20,381 bases of DNA from Kofleriaceae bacterium (GTDB lineage: Bacteria; Myxococcota_A; Polyangia; Haliangiales; Haliangiaceae), in the NCBI GenBank assembly GCA_046597055.1, contig JBKJLC010000217.1:1-20381 (forward strand), read 5' to 3'. Within the stretch, counting starts at the first letter, position 1, and every line of letters starts with the position of its first letter. Shown one piece after another: positions 1 to 11,880 of this stretch. A model generated the notes under the pieces. The model saw only the letters and a list, made by a program, of their open reading frames with translations, was not told the origin of the DNA and searched no databases. The position numbers and the translations under genes are program-made.

Positions 1-1
1 C

Positions 2-295
2 GGGCTCGGCGACCCACGGCGGATCGTTGACGCCGGCGACCAGCTTGACGCCCGGCACGTGCGTCGCCACCGCGATCTCGGCGAGCGTTGGCCCGTGTGC
101 GGCGAGCGCCTCGGACAGCGACCGGGACGGCCGCGGCACGCCGGCGAAGATGTGCAGGTTCGGCGCGCCGAACGAACCATCGACGAGCACGACGCGCTTT
201 CCCAGCGTCGACAGAAAGATGCCGACGTTCGCGGCGACGAGGCTCTTGCCCACGCCGCCCTTGCCACCACCGATGGCGACGACCCTGGGCGTCAT
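2..295 (-). CDS. MinD/FlhG/ParA-family P-loop ATPase, N-terminal part (runs off the left edge; not in the ORF track)
   Basis: Manual translation from ATG at 295: MTPRVVAIGGGKGGVGKSLVAANVGIFLSTLGKRVVLVDGSFGAPNLHIFAGV... It has the deviant Walker A GKGGVGKS and an FlhG-like 'D..G.pNLH' segment. Confidence 0.9.
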   Translation of the reverse strand, partial: MTPRVVAIGGGKGGVGKSLVAANVGIFLSTLGKRVVLVDGSFGAPNLHIFAGVPRPSRSLSEALAAHGPTLAEIAVATHVPGVKLVAGVNDPPWVAEP

Positions 296-301
296 GGCGG
301 C

Positions 302-331
302 ACCTAACCGCGAACGGGCCTCGGCGGTCAA
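302..331 (-). promoter_or_regulatory. Putative sigma-70-type promoter of the MinD/FlhG-like gene (possibly leaderless)
   Basis: Minus strand reads TTGACC (331-326), N18, TTAGGT (307-302), then 6 nt to the ATG. The -35 is good and the -10 imperfect. Confidence 0.4.
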
Positions 332-364
332 GGGCGGAAGCCGTGGGCCACCGCGAGGGCACGC

Positions 365-406
365 TCGACGCGGCGGCCGCGGCCCGGTATAACCGTTGGT
401 ATGACC
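365..406 (+). promoter_or_regulatory. Putative promoter and autoregulatory operator of the toxin-antitoxin operon
   Basis: TCGACG (365-370)-N17-TATAAC (388-393), 7 nt before ATG 401. Tandem repeat GGTATAACC (386-394) / GGTATGACC (398-406) covers the -10 and the start codon. Confidence 0.6.
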
Positions 407-661
407 ACCGTCGCGAAGATCGCGATAAGCTTGCCTATCCACGCCGCCGAGCGAGTGCGCCGCGCGGTTCGCCAGGGCCACGCCCCCAGTGTCAGCGCGT
501 ACGTTGCGTCGGCCATCGAGCAGAAGGCGAAGCTTCAGGAGCTGGCGAGCTTGCTCGACGAGATGCTCGCCGCGTCGGGCGGCACGATGACGGCTGCCGA
601 ACGGCGCGCAGCGGACCGTGCGCTGGAGCCTCCCAGGAAGCGGCGCAAGGTGCGCCGGTGA
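401..661 (+). CDS. Type II antitoxin, ribbon-helix-helix/CopG-like
   Basis: 86 aa. The N-terminal 'KIAISLP...VSAYVASAIE' fits an RHH strand-helix-helix pattern. GTGA overlap with the downstream PIN gene. Confidence 0.8.
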   Translation: MTTVAKIAISLPIHAAERVRRAVRQGHAPSVSAYVASAIEQKAKLQELASLLDEMLAASGGTMTAAERRAADRALEPPRKRRKVRR

Positions 662-1035
662 GCGTCCTGGTGCTCGACGCCGGTGCGCTGATCGCGTTCG
701 AGCGCAACGAGCGGCGGATCGTGACCCTGCTCGCCCGCGCGCTCGAGCGCGAGCTTTCCCTGGTGGTGCCTGCCGGCGTGGTCGGCCAGGTCTGGCGCGA
801 CGGCCGCCGGCAAGCGCGCCTCGCGCGGCTGCTGGCCACGGACGAGGTCGAGGTCGAGGCGCTCGACGATACGCGGGCACGCGCGGCCGGCCAGCTCTGC
901 GGGGTCAAGGGAACCAGCGACGTCATCGACGCCGCCGTCGTGCTGTCTGCGCGCGCGCGGAGCTGCAAGATCGTGACGTCGGATCCCGGGGACCTGGCGC
1001 GGCTCGATCCGCGCGCCCAGCTGATCGCCATCTGA
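658..1035 (+). CDS. vapC: PIN-domain (VapC-like) ribonuclease toxin
   Basis: The real start is GTG 658, inside the 88..1035 ORF: MSVLVLDAGALIAFER...SDVIDAAVV...IVTSDPGDL. It has PIN acidic motifs, is 125 aa, and is translationally coupled to the antitoxin. Confidence 0.85.
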   Translation: MSVLVLDAGALIAFERNERRIVTLLARALERELSLVVPAGVVGQVWRDGRRQARLARLLATDEVEVEALDDTRARAAGQLCGVKGTSDVIDAAVVLSARARSCKIVTSDPGDLARLDPRAQLIAI

Positions 1036-1080
1036 ACCCCTAGGCACGCCGAGGTTCGGTCTCTGGGCTAGAGTGGCGGC

Positions 1081-3366
<2,286 letters not shown>

Positions 3367-3372
3367 CCGGCG

Positions 3373-4881
<1,509 letters not shown>

Positions 4882-4891
4882 GCAAGGCGGG

Positions 4892-5194
4892 TCAGGACCG
4901 GACCGAGAACCCGCCGACGTCGTCGCCAAGCGGGACGTCCTCGGTCTCGACCGCGGTGACCACGGCGAACGGCGGGCCCTTCGCGCACCAGGCGAGCAGG
5001 ACCTCGACGCTGTCCGGATCTCCCTGAGCCTCGAGGAGCACCGAGCCATCGGCCTGGTTCTTCACCCACCCGGTCAGGCCCAGGCGCAAGGCCTCGGCGC
5101 GGGTGGCTGCCCGGTAGGACACACCCTGGACCCGGCCCCGGGCTCGTGCCCGGACCCGACGAACGTTCGAGGCGCCGCCTTGACCCGCGTCCAT
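4892..5194 (-). CDS. acyP: Acylphosphatase
   Basis: Signature GRVQGVSYR...[14 protein letters not shown]...GPPFAVV. ATG 5194 is preceded by AGGGAG (SD-like) and TAGAGT (-10-like); 100 aa. Confidence 0.93.
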   Translation of the reverse strand: MDAGQGGASNVRRVRARARGRVQGVSYRAATRAEALRLGLTGWVKNQADGSVLLEAQGDPDSVEVLLAWCAKGPPFAVVTAVETEDVPLGDDVGGFSVRS

Positions 5195-5273
5195 GTAACT
5201 CCCTACTCTAGCAGGGAGACCAGGCCGGGCCGCCGCGCCTTCGCCTCCGCCCTCCTTTCCCGCCGTTCCGACC

Positions 5274-6584
5274 TTGCCCTCGACCCCGCCCAGCTCAAGC
5301 GCCACCACCAACGGTGGTTCGTCCCCGTCCGCGACCGCCGGGGTCGCGCTCGAGCTTGCGGGGCTGCGTCGCATGCGCGCCGACGAGCTTTGCACGCTGG
5401 CCGAGCGGCTCGGCGTCGGCGATGCGCGCGAGCTGCGCCGGCAGGAGCTGGTGCTCGCGGTGCTCGAGGCCCACGCCGATCGCCGCGGCGAGACCCACGC
5501 CGACGGCGTGCTCGAGATCCTGCCCGACGGGTTCGGCTTCCTGCGCAGCCCCGAGAACGGCTACTCGCCCGGCATCGACGACATTTACGTGTCGCCGTCG
5601 CAGATCCGCCGGTTCGGCATGCGCACCGGCGATCTGGTGCGCGGCACCGTGCGCGCGCCCAAGGAGACCGAGCGCTACTTCGCGCTGCTCCGGGTCGAGG
5701 CGATCGAGGGCGGCGTGCCCGATCAGCACCCACAGCTCACCGACTTCGAGGACCGCATCGCGATGCCCGCCAACCGGAGCTTCGAGCTCGGCAGCGGCTC
5801 GGCGGCGGTGCGGTTCGCGGATCTGCACTGTCCGCTCGGCTTCGGCCAGCGCGTCCTGGTCAAGGCGCCGCCGCGCGCCGGCAAGACCGCGCTGTTGATC
5901 GAGCTGGCCCAGGCGGTCCACCGCGCGCACCCCACCGCGCAGACCACGCTGGTCGCGGTCGATCTGCGGCCCGAGGACGCCGACGAGGTCCAGCGCCAGC
6001 TCGGCGATCTCGCGGCGGTGTCGACGATGGCCGATCCGCCGGCGCGCCACGTCCAGCTGGTCGAGCTGGTGGTCGAGCGCGGCAAGCGTGCCGCCGAGCG
6101 CGGTCAAGACGCCGTGGTCGTGATCGACTCGCTGGGCCGGCTGGCGCGCGCGATCAACGTGGTGGTGCCGCCGACCGGGCGCACGCTGATCGGCGCGCTC
6201 GACGCGGCCGCGGTCAGCCGGGTCAAGCGCTACCTCGCCGCCGCCCGCCGCCTCGACACCGGCGGCAGCCTGACCGTGATCGCCAGCCTCGCCACCGAGA
6301 GCGGCGCTCGCATCGACGAGGTCCTCGCCGACGAGCTGGCCGAGACCGCGGCGGTCGAGCTCTACCTCGACCGCGCCCGCGCCTTCGACCACGGCCACGC
6401 GGTGGTCGACCCGGCGCGCTCGTTCGTGCGCCACGCCGACCTCCTGCTCGGCGAGCGAGCCCGTGCCTGGCGTCGGTTCGGCGCCGCGCCGCCGTCCCCC
6501 GACGAGGTGCTCGCCGCCCTGCCCGGCGCGGCCGATCGCGCGGCGCTGCTGGCGGCCCTCGTGCCCCCCTCGTCCGCGGACTAG
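5274..6584 (+). CDS. rho: Transcription termination factor Rho homologue with a degenerate ATPase domain
   Basis: Rho RNA-binding domain GVLEILPDGFGFLRS...DDIYVSPSQIRRFGMRTGD...ERYFALL; Walker A GQRVLVKAPPRAGKT; IDSLGRLARAIN; GGSLTVIA. The canonical DERPEE is DLRPED and EFKGTGN is ELAETAA. The TTG start is uncertain, but the start must precede ~5350 by alignment to the Rho N-terminal helix. Confidence 0.88.
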   Translation: MPSTPPSSSATTNGGSSPSATAGVALELAGLRRMRADELCTLAERLGVGDARELRRQELVLAVLEAHADRRGETHADGVLEILPDGFGFLRSPENGYSPGIDDIYVSPSQIRRFGMRTGDLVRGTVRAPKETERYFALLRVEAIEGGVPDQHPQLTDFEDRIAMPANRSFELGSGSAAVRFADLHCPLGFGQRVLVKAPPRAGKTALLIELAQAVHRAHPTAQTTLVAVDLRPEDADEVQRQLGDLAAVSTMADPPARHVQLVELVVERGKRAAERGQDAVVVIDSLGRLARAINVVVPPTGRTLIGALDAAAVSRVKRYLAAARRLDTGGSLTVIASLATESGARIDEVLADELAETAAVELYLDRARAFDHGHAVVDPARSFVRHADLLLGERARAWRRFGAAPPSPDEVLAALPGAADRAALLAALVPPSSAD

Positions 6585-6587
6585 GCC

Positions 6588-7433
6588 ATGGCCCGCGTAC
6601 TGCGGCTGCCGGCGCGAGGGACGCTGATCGTCTGCACCGATCTGCAGGGCTGTCTGCGCGACTTCCACCGCATCGTCGAGGTGTTCGACGACGAGATGAC
6701 CGCCAGCGGCGACGCCCACCTGCTGTTCACCGGCGATCTCATCCACGGGCCGCACCTCGACCCGTGCGACTGGCCCGACTTCCTCGGCGAGTTCTACCGC
6801 GACGCGTCGGGCGAGCTGATCGACGAGCTGGTCGTGATGTCGCGCCGTCACCCCGGGCGCATCCACGCCCTGGTCGGCAACCACGAGCACGGCCACATCG
6901 GCGGCCCGCACACCGCCAAGTTCGCCGTCGACGAGGTCATCGTCCTCGAGCACCAGCTCGGCCCGCACGCGTCGGCCCGCCTGCGCGAGGTGCTGCGCGA
7001 GTTCGCGCTGGTCGCGATCGCCCCGTGCGGCGCGATCTTCACCCACGGCGCACCGGCGGCGGTGGTCAACTCGGTCGCCGACATCGAGGCGGCCAGCCTC
7101 GACGGCTACGACTTCGGCAGCCCGATCGACATCCTCGACACCCCGGTGATCGGCCCGATCCTGTGGGCCCGCTCGGCCCAGCCCGAGGTCGCCGCCCGGT
7201 TCGTGCGCGCGCTCGGCGGCACCTTCTGCATCTACGGTCACGACGTGATCCCCGAGGGCTTCGAGATGGTCGGCGACGAGCAGATGGTCGTGTCGACCAG
7301 CTTCGGCGTGTTCGACGCCCGCAAGGTCTACGTGCGGCTCGACCTCGCGGCCCGCTACCGCTCGGTGCGCGAGCTGCGCTTCGGCCACGAGATCGTGCCG
7401 CTGTACCCCGAGCTGGTCGGCCCGACCGGCTGA
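6588..7433 (+). CDS. Calcineurin-like metallophosphoesterase (PPP/ApaH-like), atypical motifs
   Basis: Motifs TDLQG, GDLIHG, GNHE, THG, LWAR and YGHD appear in the canonical order. Starts 3 nt after the rho-like stop. Confidence 0.88.
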   Translation: MARVLRLPARGTLIVCTDLQGCLRDFHRIVEVFDDEMTASGDAHLLFTGDLIHGPHLDPCDWPDFLGEFYRDASGELIDELVVMSRRHPGRIHALVGNHEHGHIGGPHTAKFAVDEVIVLEHQLGPHASARLREVLREFALVAIAPCGAIFTHGAPAAVVNSVADIEAASLDGYDFGSPIDILDTPVIGPILWARSAQPEVAARFVRALGGTFCIYGHDVIPEGFEMVGDEQMVVSTSFGVFDARKVYVRLDLAARYRSVRELRFGHEIVPLYPELVGPTG

Positions 7434-7436
7434 CGC

Positions 7437-8114
7437 TCACGGCGGCGGCGCAGCGCCGCCATCACGACCCCCGCCACCGCCACCCCCGATGCCGCCGGGA
7501 CCGGGGTCGCCCCGGTCGCCGCGCCGCCGACCCGGGCCGCGCGCCTGCATCCCGGCCGACACCTCCTCGACGGTCACGAAGCCGTCCTGGTCGCCGTCGA
7601 GCGTCGTGAAGTCGAACGCACCGCGACCGCCGTCGCCACCGCCGGCGACCGCGAGCTCGGCCGGGGTCAGCTTGCCGTCGCGATCGCCGTCGAGGTGATC
7701 GACCATGCCGGCGACCCGCGCCTCGCGCATGATCTCACGCTCGTCGGGCGACAGCTGGCCGTCCTTGTCGGCGTCGTACATCTCACGCTCTTCCTGGCGG
7801 CGCTCGTTGCGGCGCTGCCCGACCTCCTCGCGGGTCGGCCGGTCGTCAGGCACCTGGGCGTCAGCGGGGTCGCGATCCCGGCCCGGGAACGGCCGCGGCG
7901 GCACCGGCAGGCGCGGGGGCTCGGCCGCGCGCGCCGAGGGCGGCTGCCCCGGGGCCACGGTGGAGCCGGCTGCCGGCTTGGCCGCCTCGTCCTTCTTGCA
8001 CGCGGCGAGCGCGAGCGTGGCGAGCGTGGCGGTCAGCGCCGCGCCCCAGCGCGCGCGCCGCACTAGCGCCCCCGCCCACGGCGGACGTAGCCTCGGTGGT
8101 AGCGATGGGTCCAC
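7437..8114 (-). CDS. EF-hand calcium-binding lipoprotein
   Basis: Lipobox LALAAC-KKD; three DxDxDG loops (DADKDGQLSPDE, DGDRDGKLTPAE, DGDQDGFVTVEE). Start placed at GTG 8114 because TATGAT lies 6 nt upstream; the start is uncertain. Confidence 0.8.
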   Translation of the reverse strand: MDPSLPPRLRPPWAGALVRRARWGAALTATLATLALAACKKDEAAKPAAGSTVAPGQPPSARAAEPPRLPVPPRPFPGRDRDPADAQVPDDRPTREEVGQRRNERRQEEREMYDADKDGQLSPDEREIMREARVAGMVDHLDGDRDGKLTPAELAVAGGGDGGRGAFDFTTLDGDQDGFVTVEEVSAGMQARGPGRRRGDRGDPGPGGIGGGGGGGRDGGAAPPP

Positions 8115-8325
8115 GGGCCGATCATAGCGTCGGCCGGGCCCGGCGCTCGTCGGGGTAGCCACCGAGCGTCCTCGACCAAGGTGCCCGACCTATCGCAACC
8201 CAGCGAAATCCGGGGTGGAACACGCTTTCCCAGACGCTGGCTAGATCGGCCGGGGCCAATCTGCTACAAGTCCCGCCTTCCCGACACCCGGGACACGCAG
8301 TTCCGGCACCGGAGAAAGAGGCGCT

Positions 8326-8610
8326 ATGAAGGACACCATCGGTCACCCGCACTATCGCCCCAGCAAGATCAGCTGTGCTTGTGGCGGCTCCTACGACACC
8401 TTCTCGACCCGCGGCGACTTCGCGGTCGAGATCTGCGCCAAGTGCCATCCGTTCTACACGGGCCAGCAGAAGCTGATGGACACCGCGGGCCGCATCGACC
8501 GGTTCCGCAAGCGCTACGGCCAGACCGCGCCGGTCGTCGAGGCCGCCCCGGCCCCCGCCGCCGCCGCGCCGGCCGCCGCCGCGCCGGCCGCCTCCGACAC
8601 GACCAAGTAG
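8326..8610 (+). CDS. rpmE: 50S ribosomal protein L31 (Zn-binding type) with an Ala/Pro-rich C-terminal tail
   Basis: HPHY...CACG...[33 protein letters not shown]-like GAGG upstream; precedes prfA. Confidence 0.97.
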   Translation: MKDTIGHPHYRPSKISCACGGSYDTFSTRGDFAVEICAKCHPFYTGQQKLMDTAGRIDRFRKRYGQTAPVVEAAPAPAAAAPAAAAPAASDTTK

Positions 8611-8662
8611 GGCGGCCGTCCCGTCGGCGTTCGCGCCTGCGGTCGTGCGATGAGGACGTGCC

Positions 8663-9754
<1,092 letters not shown>

Positions 9755-9761
9755 GCGCCCG

Positions 9762-10226
9762 GTGTTGGGCCGGCGCACGGTCGTCGCCGCGGTGCTCGCG
9801 GCGCTCACCGGCGCAGCCTGCGATCGCTCGCCGGCCCCGCTCCGCTCGTGCGAGGACCCGCTCGGCGGGGTGTGGACGACCGAGCCGGGCGCCGCGACGT
9901 CCGCGACCTGGCACCTGATCGACAGCAGCGATCGCCTCGACGGCTTCCCGTCTTACCGCGAGCTACCGCCCGAGCCGGCCGGCACGATCGCGGCGCCGTC
10001 GCTGGTGAGCCTGCGCCGCCGGCACGGCGAGGTCGCCGGCACCGTCAGCCGGCGCTGGCAGCGCGGCGCCGCCACCTGCGTGGTCCGCTCGCCCGCGGTC
10101 GTGCGCGGCTGCGTCGCGGACCGGATCGGGCTGCAGCTCGGCCCGACCGGCGCGCCGGTTGACTGGACCACCTGCGCACCGACCGGCGAGCCAGTGATGC
10201 AGCTGCTCCGCCGCAGCTGGCCCTGA
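9762..10226 (+). CDS. Hypothetical Cys-rich lipoprotein
   Basis: From GTG 9762, 7 nt after the prfA stop: basic-hydrophobic signal RRTVVAAVLAALTGAAC, then four more Cys. No recognisable family. Confidence 0.65.
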   Translation: MLGRRTVVAAVLAALTGAACDRSPAPLRSCEDPLGGVWTTEPGAATSATWHLIDSSDRLDGFPSYRELPPEPAGTIAAPSLVSLRRRHGEVAGTVSRRWQRGAATCVVRSPAVVRGCVADRIGLQLGPTGAPVDWTTCAPTGEPVMQLLRRSWP

Positions 10227-10248
10227 CGTCGCGCGCCGCGGGCCGCGC

Positions 10249-10773
10249 TCACTTCACGAGCGAAGCGAGCAGCCGATCCATCTTGGTGTCGTCGCCACCC
10301 ACGTAACCCTCGTGGAGCTCGCGCACGATGCCCTTCGGATCGATGACGTAGCTCGACGGCTGCTTGGGCGGCGCCCAGATGTCGCCGGCCGCGGTCGACT
10401 CTTCCGGCGCGTACACGCGCAGCATCTTCTTGAGCTTCAGCCCGTCCATGAACTTCTTGCCCTTGGCCGGATCGTTGTCGAGGTTGACCGCGACGAACGT
10501 GACCTTGCCCGTCCACTTGCCGGCGAGCTTCTCCCACGCAGGCAGCTCGCGCTTGCAGGGCTTGCACCACGAGCCACCGAACGTGAGGACCACCCAGCCG
10601 CCGCGATAGGCCTTGAGCCGGAACGCCTTGCCGCGCGCATCCTTGCCGCCGTCCAGCTCGGGCGCGCGCTGGCCCTCGCGCACCTCGGCCGCGACCGGCC
10701 CGACCCCGACCAGGGTCACCGCCGCGACCAGCCCGACAACCATCGTGCGCAAGCGCAACATCGAGAGCTTCAT
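10249..10773 (-). CDS. TlpA/ResA-family thiol:disulfide oxidoreductase (exported)
   Basis: Signal peptide, then GQRAPEL, VVLTFGGSWCKPCKRELP, VAVNLD, PSSYVIDPKGIVR. Alternative start GTG 10815 overlaps the upstream stop (GTGA). Confidence 0.92.
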   Translation of the reverse strand: MKLSMLRLRTMVVGLVAAVTLVGVGPVAAEVREGQRAPELDGGKDARGKAFRLKAYRGGWVVLTFGGSWCKPCKRELPAWEKLAGKWTGKVTFVAVNLDNDPAKGKKFMDGLKLKKMLRVYAPEESTAAGDIWAPPKQPSSYVIDPKGIVRELHEGYVGGDDTKMDRLLASLVK

Positions 10774-10811
10774 GGGGGTTCCCGGTGCGACGAGGCGGCG
10801 GCGGCCAGCAT

Positions 10812-11813
10812 TCACCGGCGGGTCGCCAGCTCTTCTTCGATCGCCATCGTGAAGTACTTGGGATCGGCCGGGCCCGGGTACTTGCGACCGTTGACGAACA
10901 GGGACGGCGTGCCGTCGACCTCCTCGGCCTCACCCTCGGCCAGGTCGGCCTTGACCAGCGCCTCGGCGGCCGCGAAGTCGGCATCGTAGCGGGCCATGTC
11001 GAGCCCGATCTGCTGCGCGTACTTCTTCAGCTCGTCCTTCTTCTGGGCGCCGAACTTCTCGAACACGATGTCGTGCATCGGCAGGAACTTGCCCTGCGCG
11101 TGCGCGGCCAGCACCGCCTGCGCCGCGCCCATCGAGTCGGGGTGCTTGGGCAGCGGGTACATCTTGTAGACGACCTTCACCTTGCCGCGGTTCTCCTGCA
11201 CCACCTGGTCGAGCACCGGCTTCATCTGCACGCACGCCGGGCAGCCGTAGTCGAAGAACTCGACCAGGGTGACCGGGGCGTCGGACGAGCCGTGGCTGGG
11301 CGCGCCCTCGGTCTTGAACGGGTGGACCTTGGCGTTCTTGACGTAACGCTCCTCGTAGAAGTCCCGGACGATCTCGTCGCTCTGCTCGTCGGCGATGAGC
11401 TCCGCGATCAGCCGGGCCGCGAACGCCGCGCGCTTGCACGACGGGTCCGAGCTCACGCTGGTGCGGAGGCTGTGAGCCTTGCCGCACGGCGACGGCATCG
11501 CGCCGACCAGCTTGAAGAAGCGCTCCTGCTTGGCGGCGTCGAGCTTCGACACGTCCACCCCCGACACCGGGGTGCGATCGACCTCGGCGACCGCGCCGCC
11601 TTTGGCGGCATCGGCCGCGGCGATCACCGCCTTGGGATCGTTGGCGGCGTTCGAGTCCTTCTTGCAGGACGCCCCCCCGAGCAGGCCGATCGCCAGCGCC
11701 GCCAGAAAGGGGAATGCCAGCCGCCCAGCGAACCAGATGCGGACGGGCGGTGCGGCCGGTGCGAGCGCCCCGGGAACCGGGCCGTTTTCCTTTACGATCC
11801 GCGAGCTTTTCAC
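10812..11813 (-). CDS. DsbA-family/thioredoxin-domain lipoprotein
   Basis: APVTLVEFFDYGCPAC, YKMYPLPKH, cis-Pro loop VDGTPSLFVNG; lipobox-like GGASC-KKD. Start chosen at GTG 11813 from the promoter geometry. Confidence 0.9.
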   Translation of the reverse strand: MKSSRIVKENGPVPGALAPAAPPVRIWFAGRLAFPFLAALAIGLLGGASCKKDSNAANDPKAVIAAADAAKGGAVAEVDRTPVSGVDVSKLDAAKQERFFKLVGAMPSPCGKAHSLRTSVSSDPSCKRAAFAARLIAELIADEQSDEIVRDFYEERYVKNAKVHPFKTEGAPSHGSSDAPVTLVEFFDYGCPACVQMKPVLDQVVQENRGKVKVVYKMYPLPKHPDSMGAAQAVLAAHAQGKFLPMHDIVFEKFGAQKKDELKKYAQQIGLDMARYDADFAAAEALVKADLAEGEAEEVDGTPSLFVNGRKYPGPADPKYFTMAIEEELATRR

Positions 11814-11819
11814 CCGACG

Positions 11820-11848
11820 GTTGTAGCGAGGGCGCCGGCGCCGCGCAA
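11820..11848 (-). promoter_or_regulatory. Putative sigma-70-type promoter for the dsbA-like/tlpA operon (leaderless)
   Basis: Minus strand reads TTGCGC (11848-11843), N17, TACAAC (11825-11820), then 6 nt to GTG 11813. Confidence 0.55.
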
Positions 11849-11880
11849 GACGCGCGGCCGAGGCCCGCGCAGGTGCCGTC

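Noticed and set aside
357..371. GGGCACGCTCGACGC as a sigma-54 promoter
   Set aside because: GG-N10-GC spacing is present, but the -12 element lacks TTGC, and a sigma-70 geometry fits better.
88..657. N-terminal 190 aa of the 315-aa ORF as a PIN fusion
   Set aside because: It overlaps the minus-strand ATPase and the antitoxin. The PIN domain begins at GTG 658 with a GTGA overlap.
319..1054. CCTCGGCG / CGCCGAGG inverted 8-mers flanking the TA module as mobile-element ends
   Set aside because: Short GC-rich match expected by chance; no transposase or target-site duplication.
5274..6584. Calling the rho-like gene a pseudogene
   Set aside because: No frameshift or internal stop, near full length, host-like codon bias and selective domain conservation. 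Decay cannot be excluded without homologues.
5180..7609. 809-aa plus-strand Arg/Ala/Pro-rich ORF (also 17471..19858)
   Set aside because: Off-frame reading of real genes, with low-complexity composition typical of GC-rich alternative frames.
8270..8325. Structured L31 autoregulatory leader RNA
   Set aside because: Only a short TCCG-GCAC-CGGA hairpin is visible, which is not enough without covariation evidence.
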